Shown: in pieces, positions 26,181-39,778 of the stretch
How the letters are laid out: each line of letters begins with the position of its first letter
Numbering within the stretch: the first letter of the stretch is position 1
Assembly (NCBI GenBank): GCA_043228905.1
Contig: JBHGNT010000017.1
Coordinates: 1,116,001 to 1,180,000 of the forward strand
Source of the DNA: Azolla caroliniana
Taxonomy: Eukaryota; Plantae; Polypodiophyta
Reading direction: 5' to 3'
Length of the DNA stretch: 64,000 nt
Made by a program: the position numbers and the translations under genes
The notes under the pieces: generated by a model
Told to the model about the DNA's origin: nothing
The model's input: the letters and a program-made list of their open reading frames with translations, nothing else
The model's database searches: none

Positions 26181-26392
26181 TAACTTATATATTATGAGAA
26201 GTTCTCAGAGGGGCATTTCGGGAATTTGTATAAAATTATAGAGGGCTCCCCGAAAGCAAGAAGGCCGGAAAAGAAAACCAGAGCATCTCTCTCCCTCACA
26301 AACGAAGAAGAAGAAAGACAGAGAGAAGAAGACAGAGAAGGAGGAGCTCAGAGGAAGACAGAGAAGGAACTCACTCAGAAGAAGACAGAAGA

Positions 26393-28518
26393 ATGATTAT
26401 CCCTGTGCGTTGCTTCACCTGTGGCAAGGTGCGAATTCTTCTTCTTCTTTCCTTTTCCGTCTTTCCTCACCATATCGTTTTCTGTTTCGTATGGTTTCCT
26501 AGCATCAGTTTTCTTTTTCAGTTCTTCTACGTCTTTTGTTTCTGTCTGTTTGTCTCTTTTACGACCAGATTGGTCTCATCATTCTAGTTGTTTCTTTTCG
26601 CATCAGAAAATTTTCACTTTTCTCTACAGTTTTAATTTCAGAGTCTTCGCGTTTTCTTTTCGTAATATGGTTTTTACATATTCCATTAGTTTTTGTTTTA
26701 GCATCAGTTTATCACCGTTTCTATCGTTTTAAAGTGTGAGTTTTTCATGTTCTTTTTTAGGTTTAATGTAAGAATATTCAATTTATTCCAGGGTTCGAAC
26801 ATCATAAACAGGATTTTGTCTGGGTTTTAACCTCAGAATTTGCATTTTCTTTTAGTGTTTTGACACGGGACTTTTTATTTTCGTCCAGGGCTTAGCGTAC
26901 ATGAATTTCATGTTCTTCTAGGATTTTTGCATCAGATTCTTCATGTTTGTAGGGGCTCAACTTTAGGTTCATAAGAATATTCAGTTTCTTCCAGGCTTTG
27001 AACATCATAACTAGAATTTCGTCAGGGTTTTAACATCAGAATTTGCAAATTTTTTTAGTGTTTGCACATAAGACTTTCATACATGAATTTCATGTCTTCT
27101 GGAGTTTTTACATCAGGTTGTTCATGTTTGTAGGGGCTGAACTTTAGATTTTTCTTGGTTCTTTCAAGGCTTTCTAACATCAGAATATTCATTTTCTTCT
27201 AGAGACGTAGCATAAAAAAATCCATTTTTTCTAGGGGATTTAGCATCAGCTTTTCCCTGTTCTTTTAAGGTTTTAGCATCATAATCATAATTATTGCTCC
27301 TTTAGGGTTCCATGAAGTGTTTCATGTCCTTCTAGGGTTTAAGAAAAATTCGTCTATATTTCACCGGGTTGTTCTGTGATTATTTGTTTTAGGGGTTCAC
27401 CATCAGAATTTTCCTTTCTAGCGTGTCAGCATCTGGTTTCATTTTTTTCTATGATTCCGGCCCTGTTCTTCTTGGGCTTAGCATCACAATTTCATGTTAT
27501 AACTTCATTTATTTTGTATATTCGTCTTGGGTTTAAAGGCAAGTTTTCTAAGATTCCATGTTCTTCTCACATTGATTACATGATTGTCATGTTTTTCTAG
27601 GCTTTAGGAAGCAATAGATGAATCTATTTTATGTTATCTGGATGTTATGTTTGGGAGGAACAAGATCTTCTAGTGTCTGCTTTAGAATTCTCATGCTATT
27701 ATAGGATTTCAATGTTAAGTTTCAATGGTCATTCGAGTGTACGATATCAAAATTTCATGTTTTATTTAGGGTTTATGAGGTGATTCATTTTATTTGTTTA
27801 TGAATCTTTGGATGTTTTAGCATAAGATGTGTTTGCAACGATTGGCTAAGGGCAAATAAAGATGTTTTATTCCTTCATTTTTTTCATGCAGGTGATTGGG
27901 AACAAATGGGATACATATCTTGACCTTCTTCAAGCAGATTACTCAGAAGGGTAAGCTTTCTTATCCATCCTTCCAAATTTGGTAATATTCTAAGCAATAT
28001 TTGTTTCTGCAACTAAATTCTTTTCTTTTGTACCATCATTGGTAATACTTGGAATGTAAACAGAGATGCACTTGATGCTTTAGGGCTGGTTCGATACTGC
28101 TGCAGAAGGATGCTCATGACTCATGTTGACCTCATTGAGAAGCTCCTCCAATACAACAGTAATAAATCAGATTAATTTCTCTCTTTCCTTCTTTTAAGGA
28201 GACTAAAACATGTTTAAGAGAACTAGAGATCAACAAATTAAGTAATATAAAAATCATAATGCAAGTTATTGATGAGATGAATTAAATTTAGTTGATTATG
28301 TGTGCCTTTACGGTAATGACTCAAAGCTTAGGTATCCAAGCTGTCTTCAATACACATAGTAAACCTTCATTTTTCTAAGCAGTGATAAAACTTTTTGTAT
28401 TAATTTCCATTTGTGTATTATCAATAGCTTATTACTATCAACCTTTATTTGTTGGGAAGAATCTGACATAAGATTTAATGGTCTTGCAGCTCTGGAGAGA
28501 AATGAATCGAACCAGTAA
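26393..28518 (+). CDS. NRPB10: DNA-directed RNA polymerases shared subunit 10 (RPABC5); exons 26393-26428, 27892-27950, 28064-28158, 28490-28518
   Basis: [12 protein letters not shown]|[20 protein letters not shown]|[31 protein letters not shown]|TLERNESNQ*. Confidence 0.98.
26490..27830. repeat. Degenerate ~31-bp tandem array (consensus ~AGGGTTTTAGCATCAGAATTTTCATGTTCTTCT) filling RPB10 intron 1, with a higher-order ~200-bp duplication
   Basis: Repeated AGGGTTT(T)A(G/A)CATCAG units. 26769-26967 resembles 26973-27150. Confidence 0.8.
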
Positions 28519-29132
28519 CTTATTGCACAACCTAATTCTGGAGCATTCTGTTCCTTTTAAAATTGGGAACATACTAGTATATCATATAATCATGAAATGG
28601 GTGTAGTTTTTATTGTTTTCCGGTGTGCAAGATGATATCCAATCTGGATTTCGATGGATTGGAACTGATCCTATTTATATTTTATAGTAGACATTTGGTT
28701 TGAGTAATTTTTGGAACTCCTACTCAATGTTTATTATAAAACATGTAGTATAAACTTGTGGTTCATATGTGAAGAAGACACCGTACCAAGTCTTGATTGA
28801 CTGAGAGAATATGCATGTTTTTTTCCTTTTTTCTTTCTCATATTATTATAATTTATAACCATTGCTTGTATGATATACATTGTTTGTTGAAAAGCTTTTG
28901 CGATGCAAAACTTAGTAATAAATAGTCTCCGACTCTCCCCAATGCATGTTACAATGATAGAGAATTTTAGTTACTTATCAAGCTCCCTAAAATGATGCTA
29001 AGTCTACTGAATGGCATTTTAAAATACTAAATGTTTGTTGGATATCTTCAATAAGCATCATACAAGTCATATATATATCCCTTTTGAAGGGTATTGTAAC
29101 CATGGCAATGCATGTGGCTAATGTCATGTTGC

Positions 29133-29800
29133 TGGTCAGATGTTTTGTATGTAGTCATCAGTTATTTTTTTTTTTATGGATAAATTTTTGCTAGTCAGTC
29201 ATCTTCCAAATATGAAATATTTTTTTGCCTGTTGTATCACACAAAGATTGTCACATCTGCATCGATACAGGTTAGATATAAAGAGTCACCATGAATTTGG
29301 GTAAAAAGAAACTTCTAACGTTGATCAGATGTTTTTTTATTCGATGGGTAAATGTTCCCTAGTCATCTTCCAAAGATGAAATTTATTTTTGCCTGTTGTG
29401 TCACACAAAGATACTGTCATATCTGCATCGGTAAAGGGTAAATATTAAGGACAACCATGGATTTGTGTAAAAAGAAACTTCTATCCTATCATAGGAAAAT
29501 AATGTCTATGGGCATTGTTGGATGATTATTGAGAATCGGACACCAATTAAGATGCCAATTAAGATGGCACCTGACATGTGATTGATCAGATCTTCTATTT
29601 TATTATTTAGATAAAAATATTTGCTAGTCAACTTCCAAAGAAGAAAAATATTTTTGCCTGTTGGAGCACAAAAGAGTCTGTTGTATCTGGCATTAGTAAG
29701 GCTAAATATGAAGCATCATGGGTTAAGGCAAAAAGAAACTTCTATCCTATCATGGGAAAATAATGTCTATGGGCATCATTGGATGATTATTGAAAATTAT
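29133..29800. repeat. Three diverged copies of a ~190-260 bp unit between the convergent RPB10 and RMR genes
   Basis: G(A/G)TCAGAT...CTAGTCA.CTTCCAAA..TGAAA...TTTTTGCCTGTTG..CACAAAGA...AAAAAGAAACTTCTA at ~29135, ~29323 and ~29584. Confidence 0.88.
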
Positions 29801-31280
29801 GATGGCAATGGGATACCTAAAGCCAAACACCAATTATGCCCTCTAAGCAGATAGAGAACTGCCCAACCTAACCGTGCAAATTGATTGCTTGCTAACTGTG
29901 TCCATCTACACGAAAGCTTCTGTAGATAAGAGCGATCATCATCAGACTACAAAATACACATTCCATCATATGGGGGGGTAAAAACCCAAATATGTAATGA
30001 AAGTTGGATTAGATGAAAATTGGACATAAATTATTATGGAGATGAAAAGCCAACTAACGGAGTTGGTCACTAATGCTTACATTCAGTAATCATTGGAATT
30101 GTAGATGATTACATTCAATAATATCATTGGATAGAGGGATGGGCAGAAATGATGTGCCATACTTAAGACACCACCTAGAAGGTTGAGCTCATATGTGTAT
30201 GCTTTGTTCACACATAGAGACTTTGTGCTTCAATGTATGAATACACCTTAGGAAGGAGACACATATCAAGAACACATGTATACTCTTGGTCCCATAGGTC
30301 AAAACTGGCCTCTTTATGGATGATAAAAATTCTTATTCTAATTCTAATGTGGTGGTATTTTGAAGATTGTTGGTTATTGCCTTCAATGAAATACTTGGGA
30401 AGCATATGCCCACCATTGGATGAGAACATTCCATCACATCTTCCACTTTTTGATACTTTATTATCAGGAATAAGAGTAAATGAAAACTAGATGTGGGATT
30501 GGGCAATTTCTTTTTAAATGGGGATTTAACTCCAGGTTCTTTACAGAGAAAAGTAGCCAGGATTCTAAAGAATCTCATCCTATCTAGGGAAATAGAGTCT
30601 ATTGACATAGTGAAATGAAAATTGGACACCTATTAAGTTCGGGGTCAGCTGTGTTGAACCATTGAATTGTATGTAAAACTGGCAATGATGCCAACCATTG
30701 AATCAGATGGATTTATAAAATGGGATCAGCATACTCAATACACAGGATTGATGACTATGATGAGCTGTTCTATCCTGATAATCACATGATTGCATGGATT
30801 TGATGATGTATTGAGCATTGCAAACAGTTGGCATAAATCAGAAGAACATGATACATAACAAAGCATCAAGAAACCATGAATTGTCAGTTTATGTACTTTT
30901 TACTCCACTATAATACAATGTCTATAAAATTACAAAATGTATAGAGAATCAAAACTTCTCTATCACTAGTAGGGTTTTTGGTGAGATTCAAACTTCTTCA
31001 TCATCAGTACAGTTCTTTGCCACTTCTCATACTCATATACTTGATGATAACACCTTTCATTAGAAAGGGTGAGGCATGGCAATTCAGCCGAGATAACATT
31101 ACTAGCTCCACTACTAATTCACTTCAGCTAACATAGCTTTATGCTAAAATTCAGGTTTCACAACACTATTACTTTCACTGGAATGTGCATACTGGATGAA
31201 GATAGTTCAGTAAGTGCATATGTACAGAACAAAGTTACTACTTTCAAGTTGAAAGTGAATGTACAGGACTTTTTAAATGC

Positions 31281-34016
31281 CTATACCAAATTCTGTACGA
31301 ATTGTTCTCCAGGGAGGCACATAAAAGCCCGAACATCATTGTCCCCATGTCGGGAATCACCTGGTGAGCCACTACTACTAGTTTCAATTGGGAGGAGAAC
31401 ATTTGGGGCAGAGTTGTGGAAGAAAGATGGTGGGGTGAAGTAAGGTGAGGCACGGAAAGCGTCCATAGGATCTCGAACATCTTGCCTTCTTGAATGCCGA
31501 CTGAAAAGCGATTGCAGCGACATGTGCCTTGATGCGCCCATTATCCTAATAGGTGTTGGTCCCACATTGTTGCACCTTGCATAGTGATTACCAAAAACTT
31601 CGTTTTCATTGTATTGCCTAGAGTTGGCAGTAGCATTAACACCATTGATAGATGCCTCTCCGGAAAGGAGTGACACTTGTTGTGAAGCCAACTGCTGCCT
31701 AGCAGGTTCTTGATTATTCAATAAAGGTGTACACTCTGAAGATGTAGAATTGTCCTTGGTAACATTCTTTTTGCATATTGGACAAAACCCTCGCCAGTTA
31801 ACAAGCCATGCATCTATACATGAACAATGGAATCCTGAAAGGACAAGAAAAAACAAGAGGCTACTCTCAATTAAATCAGTACATAACAAATACACCTGAA
31901 AACTATGCGAGCATTCTCCACACTCACGATGATGGCATGGTAGTATCCTGAGACTTGAACCATCGATGTAGTCCTCCAAGCAGATTGCACACGTGTCAAT
32001 TGTTTGAATGCCATTTTCACACTTATATACATCTGTTGGCAAGGCTTTTACAGTTCGACGGCTAATTCCTCTGCACTCCTTTGATCCTCTACTACGTGTT
32101 TGTCTTCCATTCTGCACTAGAAAGTAGATTGCAAATGCAGCTATCACACCGAGGAGGAACATAAATGCAGTTATCATCACTAGCCAAGAGATGCTCTCAA
32201 ATGAAGAAGGCAGTATCCAGCAGTCCGGACGAGATCCATTTGCATGTTGCGCAAGTATTTCTCCGGCTATCTTTGATACAAATACTGCTGGTATCATAAT
32301 ACCACTTTTGCTTCCGGCCACTGACATAACAATTTAAAGCAGTCAATAACTGAGAAATCCATAGTTCTAAGTAAAGAATCTGAAATAGGCCTGGTGTTTC
32401 TTCATTAATGCCAAATGCCCCTACCTTTTAATTGTGTCCCCAAGAGCTCTTGAGCAGTCCTCTTATCTAAAATACACTATCTAATATCTATAAAATCATA
32501 CAGGCACACATATAATCTAAAATTTATAATAGGATCAGCCCAACATTGCCATCCACCACATACACAGATCAATAAATATAATCAACATACCAATTGAACC
32601 GGTGATCTAAGCATTAATTCAACAAATTGATACATTTAAGGAGACCCAATGATCTAATCAGCTATTTACAAGTCATTGATCTAAAGAGTCAGTAACAAAA
32701 AATAATGATATTATACATCACACAAATCAATCATTACAAAAACAGTTGGGACCTTAAAAAAGGACTTTAGGCGACTGTACAACAAATTGTACACTTTATT
32801 AAGATTTTCAAAATTCTTGAAGCATGGTAATCTTAGATCTCATCAGACAGACAACACCACCAACAATGAATCTCACTTTAGGTTTAGCATTGCCAAGGAG
32901 AAGCTTATGTAGAGAATTTAATCCTAAGTTTTGGGAATCTTACTTGTTAGCAGTTGGTGACGACCTATATTGTCAGCAACTATGATGGCATTGTATCCTG
33001 CATCTTGTGCATGCCGAACCTTCATTTCAAAGGAGCAAAGGCCCCGTGATACAAGAACAAATCGTAAACTCTTCATGCATTCTTTAGTTGACGCCACTGA
33101 TGTCTCATAGTCACTATCCAAAGGGGTACATGCATTGAATGGATTTGCTAAAAAAATAATGCCACAAACTCCAGCGCTTGGTACCTTAGGTGCTGACACA
33201 TAAATATTTGTGAGACATTAGAGACTCATAATAATTGTTGAGACACATTGTTCATGAAAAAGGTTGAACCATGATCATATAACATTTATATCAAATAAAT
33301 TCCACTTTTAAGAGTAGAAGAATTTACGTACAACATCCTATAATTAATTATATGATGCAACCAACATATATTCCATCTTGTCACATTCTTCTGTGCTAGA
33401 AAAAGTTATGTATATCCTTCAACACGATTGATTATAGCAATCCATGGTGTGAAAATTTTCAAGCCTGTCAATTATGAACATTTGCATACATTTTTTGATT
33501 CATCCATTCTGGATAACATATGTACATAAAATAAGGTGACACTAATATCATGATATTATATGGCATTATTCAATTCAGCCAGTTATTAACATTTTCAAAT
33601 TCTTCCATATTCTGGTATAATAATATATCCTACTAATCATTCCGACAAAGCAAGAATGCAAATACATTGTCATCAATATCTCTAAAAATTAGAAAAAGGA
33701 AATCTTGAAGCCCAGTTCTCCTATATAAGATGGAATTTTTAATCTTGCATTAATCATTAAGTTAAGAAACAGATGTAATTGGAAACTAGAACTAAACGCA
33801 TATGTAGGCATTAAGCAGAGAAAAAAATAGCATAAAAAAACAGAGTAGGAAATTAAATTTAAATTTAAATGAGAGATAGATACCAAAGCTTGCATCTGTG
33901 GAGGGAAATACAAGAGAATGATTATCTTTAGTTAAGGTAACAGCAGCCTCGGAGGGAACAAAGAGGAAACCAATCATCGCAAGAAGAAGATGAAGATGAG
34001 GAAGAAGAAACTCCAT
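31281..34016 (-). CDS. RMR: Receptor homology (PA)-transmembrane-RING-H2 protein; exons 34016-33884, 33192-32944, 32320-31928, 31834-31281
   Basis: Signal peptide; PA domain (NPFNACTPL, FVLVSRGLCSFEMKVRHAQDAGYNAIIV, IPAVFVSK); TM helix; RING-H2 CAICLEDY...LRILPCHH|RFHCSCIDAWL...FCPICK. Confidence 0.95.
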
Positions 34017-34090
34017 ATCTTCTTCGAGGAAATACAAAACTCTGCAACCGATGGTACGTAAAGATTGAAACTTCGTGTAGTATATTCATT

Positions 34091-34156
34091 AACCCTAGGG
34101 TTTAGGCCACTGTGTCTGCCATCAACCCTAACCCTGCCTGTGCTAAAACCCTAGCC
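34091..34156. promoter_or_regulatory. Cluster of telo-box-like motifs upstream of the RMR start
   Basis: AACCCTAGGGTTTAGG, AACCCTAACCCT and AAAACCCTAG within ~65 bp. Confidence 0.5.
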
Positions 34157-34322
34157 GCCATCGGGACGTTTCGGGAAGTTTTTTTTTTTTTTCGGGGGTC
34201 ACGTGATATGGCCAAAACGAATAAACGTGAATTCCAAAATAAGCTTTCCATATCGGGAAACCTTATTGCGTGGTTATTTTTGTGTGTGTATGTGTGTTTG
34301 GGGGGATATTAACTGCATGAAG

Positions 34323-34490
34323 AAAAGACAGAAGAAACTCCAGTAGAAAAAGGACAAGTGTCAGAAAGATAGAAGAAAAACTCCAGTAGAAAGAGGACAA
34401 TTGTCGGAAAGACAAAAGAAACTCCATTAGAAAGAGGACAAGTGTCGGAAAGATAGAAGAAACTCAAGTAGAAAGAGGACAAGTATCGAA
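34323..34490. repeat. Minisatellite, 4 copies of a ~39-41 bp unit
   Basis: GAAAGA(C/T)AGAAGAAACTCCAGTAGAAAGAGGACAAGTGTC repeated 4 times. Confidence 0.92.
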
Positions 34491-36008
34491 GTTTGTTCGA
34501 GTTATCACATATAGGGGTGGGGGGGATGTGTTATGTAATGCCAGAAGACAGTGGCAACTTCTTCCCTCTCTACCACAAACTTTAGTGGATCTGGTGTTAA
34601 TAATGTATACGCCATTTGGGCTATTTGCCATCTAATCCATGACCTATTCGTATGTCATGCCACAAAATGCTATGAATGGTTTTCTAAATTTTTGTCACCT
34701 TTTGATACGACGTGGAGGCATCAACACCATCAATGCATCCCTAGTCATTACATTGCGGCCTCAAGTCTCCCTCTCTCAAGTTCAGTTAATCACAAATAAC
34801 ATGTGGATTTTGTGGAAGCACAAAAGAAGTTCATTACTCAAGTGATTGGTAGGTAATTTCCTCAAGACTCCACTCTATAAAATGAGTGGTCTATGCACGG
34901 GCCTTCAAATTCTTGATGCACATAGTGGGCTCTTTTTTCAATTTTTTGATAATTGTCCGTCTTCAAAAATTGATCACATATAATCTTCCGATATTAGTGT
35001 GGAAGCGGCTATTGCATCACAATAGCAAACAACCCAATTAAAATTCCTAGCAGTAAACCATTCTTTGCCACATTGGACACACATTCTCAGGATTCATTCT
35101 GCCAGCTTTTTCACAACTTTGGGAAACGGATTGATCAAGACTCTGCTTACCGTCTATTTTCTATTATTAATGAACAATTTCAATGCTAGTTTACTATCCA
35201 TAGGCTATTTTATCCTGCTTTTATGAGAATTACCCTCGAAATGGCAACCCACTCTTTTTTTTTCCAAAACAGCAACCCCACTCTTTCAATTGCTCCAATT
35301 GTGTTCAAATTACCATATCTCTGTTTTCAACATCCTTCTTTAAGAGCAAGAGGATAGTTGTGCTTGATCCCAAACTAAAATCATAAAGAATTAACATAAC
35401 ACACCAAAATTATGCTTAAGACTGTAAACCCACAGCAGAAATCTAGCCAACATCTATATTATAGGATTTCAACATCATCATCATATATTTTATTAGGTTC
35501 AAAATAAGAGCTGAAAGAAACAATATAGTGGAACTAATTGACTATACCTCCAAAAATTGTTACATCAATCATGCATATATGTAATGGCCTTTATATGATC
35601 TACCTATGATGCTAATAACACCGATAACAAACCCACTTGCATTGCCACAATTAACAACAACAGGCCACATTCTCAATGCATTCATTAGGGTTCAATATCT
35701 TTTTCCCATGTCAGTTCCTCTAGGGGAACAAGGATGAAACATGATATTAATAGGAGCAAAAAATCTACTCCAATTTTGCCAAAAACAAGGATAAGTGCTA
35801 CTAATCCATTCATTTGCCTGCTTTGGTGATCTGTACCTTCAATCTTCAATATCAAATGTTTAACACAACAGTTTTTATTGAAACAACCTAAAGTGATCTG
35901 ATGCAGTCAGTGAACACCAAAAGTAGGTCAACATCAATGATTCAAAGTCTAAACGAGAATTGTAATTAGCTCTTTTTTATTGTTTGTTTATGCTTTCACT
36001 TGAATATA

Positions 36009-39000
36009 TCACTTTTTTGGAGCTGTAGGTGTAGTAGCAGTAGTCGCAGTAACAATCTCCCGAAGATCTGCAAATCACAGAATACTCAGAATAAAAGGAT
36101 ATCTAGCTGTATACAATTTCTTTCATACATTTACTTAGCATCCTTATGCATTAGATTAAAACTTTGATTAAATTCCATCTTCAAAAAAATACAATGCAAA
36201 TATGGAAGAAATGTTGAATATACTACATACAAGGAAACAAACATATTTGCCATTATAAATTAATGACAATTTATGAAATCTTAGTCACCTCAAGGACAGA
36301 ATTGTACAATCAACTGTGTTCTGTGTTTTGTAGCATTTGGGTTTTGGTGTGCTTGTGCGAAATGATCATAATCCCTAATGTCTTTCTTTGGTGGAGAAAA
36401 CTTTTGTTAAATTTCAGCAAAGTAAAAAAAAACATGCCCAGTTTGTCCTTGATCCAAGAAGGATAAAATTGAAGTCACGGTCATAATAGTAGGATATCCT
36501 GGTTTCCTTGAGTGAAGAAGAAAAACTAATAGCAAATAAATGCAATGTTCTAATTGTGTGAACATAGAATGACATTATCACATGAGTACTCTATTTTCTT
36601 GATGGATCTTACTTGTTCCCTAGGAAGTCTTCGAACCACGAAAGAAGACTTTGTGTGTGTGGATATTATGCAAAATCCTATAGCCAATGGGCTCCAAACA
36701 AGATAAGCCACGGCAGTTGGGTTCTGGTTCATATGCTTGGTCCAAAGTGTAAACCTTCCGGTAAACATAAGCATGCATGTACAGGCATGAAGGTACTCTT
36801 GAGATCTCTGATCGATTCATACACATATAAGGCCTCTAAAATGCTACTTGCAGCAATATATACATACCTATATATATTTATATGGAGAGAGAGAGAGAGA
36901 GAGAAAGAAAGAAAGATATTTTAATGTAACAAAGAGCAATATGTTTTTTTGTTGAACGTCCTAGAATAAGAACTTGCCAAAATTCAGATATTAATGACAA
37001 GCATCAAGGAGTTTAATATCTAAAAAACTTGGAAATAAAACGTACTAGGGAGACAGAGCATGGCAGCAATTAAAAAACCACTGAAATTATAGGAAAGGGA
37101 GAAGGGGCAAAATAATTGATTTTTTTTTTTTTGAGGGGGGGAGGGGGAGGGAGAGCATCAGGTCTTAAATTGCAGGAGGCAGCTTCAAAACATTAAAGAA
37201 GACAATTGAAAAAGAAGAAAGAAAAGTTCAAATTTCATGAAAGTTACTCATGTATGTTTTGGGGGCGAACACGATCATTTAGCAAATATGGATTCTACTG
37301 TGCAGGGAAAATTGTGTTTCACTCATCAGTTGTACGTCCAATAAAAAACACATTGAGGATATAGGCTCACTAGGTGTTACATGTGCAAAAAATTGCTTAA
37401 ACTAGAGTTATGCAGCACTCATCAGTTGTGCATCCAATCAAAAACACATTGAGGATATAGGCTCAGTAGGTGTTACATGTGCAAAAAATTGCTTAAACTA
37501 GAGTTATGCAGTTGGCTGTGCTTTTAGGGTTTGGGCCATTAGCTAATACTTGTGTTCTCTACTACTAGTAAAAAATAAAGACATGCTGAAAGAGGATCCA
37601 ATGTTGGTGCCAAACATGGGAGTGGATTTCTTGTTTGTGAACAATCTAGCTACTTGGACATGACCATTGACAACCATCTCTTAATGAATCTACGATTTCT
37701 CCCTTTGGAACTTCCCCAGTGGGGAATTTTAACAAAACTGTTGCTTAGATTAGTGTTTCATCACCTCTACAAAATTCCAAAGGGAGATCCATAAATTGCA
37801 TCATAGTTCTGAGAGTAAACTGATGTGACATGAGAATTGAAATCTACAAGACTCGTGATAAGTATCATCCTTTGCTGACTCAAGCTGTCTACCATCATCT
37901 AGCTTGAGCTTCATGTCAATGAATGGACTGATAGCCCGCCATTGCACTATGACAATTCATCCTCCACTTTGCAATTAAATGAGCATTAACAGTAATATCA
38001 TTTATCCTTTCCACAGCAATGCAGTTCCACTTCTAAGAAAAGAAATTTGTTCACTTTGCAATTTAACGCCCATTGACAATAATACCGTCTATCCTTTCTA
38101 CATCAAAGCAGTTCCATTTAGTGAAAAGATATGGCTTTGAGAATTCCACTGAACAGATTTCTATTCAAAATCAAGCTGAATTTTCTCATAATATAATCAA
38201 ATAAGAAAACCTCAGTTTGCAGCACTTGCTGTACCCAGAGTATGACATGACGTCCAATAATCAAATATTGATTTCGGTTATTGAGGTCAGTGCACAGACA
38301 TGAAATAAGCCATACCAAAAACAAAATGCAACCAAACATGCTGCAAAGAAAAATCTTTGGTAGCAGTTTTACAGAGTTCAATTGGATGCTAAAGAGGGAG
38401 AAAAATCAAAGACAGCAGCAAGAATTTGGATACATGTCATAAAGCAGGAACTAGTACACAACAATGCTGTCAATAAATGGACAAGCCTTTCACAGAGGTA
38501 TGACTAAAGCAAATGACAAGCCTTTCTTGAGTAGGTGCAAGATACATGCTGCAACTACAATGAGTCTCTCTGGCAAACAAAGATGGAAAACAATGGGAAA
38601 TGGAGAGTGTATGGATGTACTTGTGACATAGTAACACTTGTAATATAGGGTTGAACATGTTCTTCAAATGAAGATGATCAGGTAGCATGGAAACCATACA
38701 TTTCTTGCTCGACAAAATCTTCATCAGTCTTGAAATTTATGGAAACCCTAGATGTTTGCTCAGCACATAAGATTCAAAGTGTTATTTGCATCAAATTAAT
38801 AATCACATAAGACCCCCTTTACATCAGGATTACTAAATCCTAAATCTCTTGCTCAGACGCGCATTCAACAGTATGCTATTAGTAACATAGATTGATTTCT
38901 CATCACATAGGGTTGAAATGGAGATGATTAAATTATCATGGAAACTGTAGATTTCTTGCTCAAATTGTATAGGATTCAAATAATGATGATCAAATTGGCA

Positions 39001-39778
39001 AGGAACCCTTTATCTCTGACTTGGGCATATTGAATTCAAACAAGAATGCTGAAAATGACAAGGAAAACCCTAAATTTCAGGCTTGAACACATAGAATTCA
39101 AACAAGAATGCTCCACGTTGCATGCAAACCCAAAATATCTAGCCCAAACACATAAAATCCAAACAAGATGTTCAAAGTGACATGCATACCCAAAATCTCT
39201 GGCACATTGGATGCAAACAGATCTTCACTTGAGAATGATAAAGTAGCATAAAGCATCTCGCTTGTAGCATCAAATGCAAAGAAATCAAATTCCACACATC
39301 TTCAGGAGAATCGACAAGAACAAGAGCACGAGCAAGAGCAAAGCTGATAGAAATCAAATCCGATCGTGGTATTGAATCAACAGGAAACAAAAATGATCCA
39401 ACAAGACAACGAGCATAAATAAAACATCCACATCCGGATTCCGTGCCAATATCAACAAAAACAACATAGCCGACAGAATAAAAACAAGATACTTGCATTA
39501 TCTGATCCGATTAACAAAAGAGAACGGATTAGTTATCAAACATTTTCATCATGAAATATATTCCTCTCTTGCTTGTGCGTACCTGCTTTGAGGGGGCGTC
39601 CATCCTCCCACATAGAGACCTTGTAGTAGACCTGCTCGCGCTGCGCAGCCTGGGCTTTGTGAGGCTCCTTGAGGCACTTGCGGATCAGGGAAGCACACGT
39701 ATTCACATACGCAACGTAAGTCATTCCCGCAGCGCGCCAGAACGGGCCAGACACCTGGCTTGACACAGCAGATGCCAT
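36009..39778 (-). CDS. ATP5E: Mitochondrial ATP synthase F1 epsilon subunit; exons 39778-39583 and 36067-36009 (3.5-kb intron)
   Basis: MASAVSSQVSGPFWRAAGMTYVAYVNTCASLIRKCLKEPHK...WEDGRPLKA|DLREIVTATTATTPTAPKK*. The second exon is inferred from a phase-matched TGCAG acceptor. Confidence 0.88.
37320..37511. repeat. 96-bp near-perfect tandem duplication in the ATP-epsilon intron
   Basis: CACTCATCAGTTGT...AAACTAGAGTTATGCAG occurs twice. Confidence 0.95.
38690..39230. repeat. Degenerate ~60-bp array with AAACCCTA cores at the 5' end of the ATP-epsilon intron
   Basis: GAAACCCTA(G/A)AT.TCTTGCTC...ATTCAAACAAGAATG-type units starting at ~38741, 38941, 39001, 39061, 39121 and 39181. Confidence 0.8.

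Noticed and set aside
34323-34490. Regularly spaced ~40-bp repeats, superficially CRISPR-like
   Set aside because: Head-to-tail units with no unique spacers, eukaryotic context and no cas genes; this is a minisatellite.
39441-39453. CCGTGCCAATATC, matching the 3' 13 nt of miR171
   Set aside because: The 5' part of the miRNA does not match and no complementary star arm was seen nearby.
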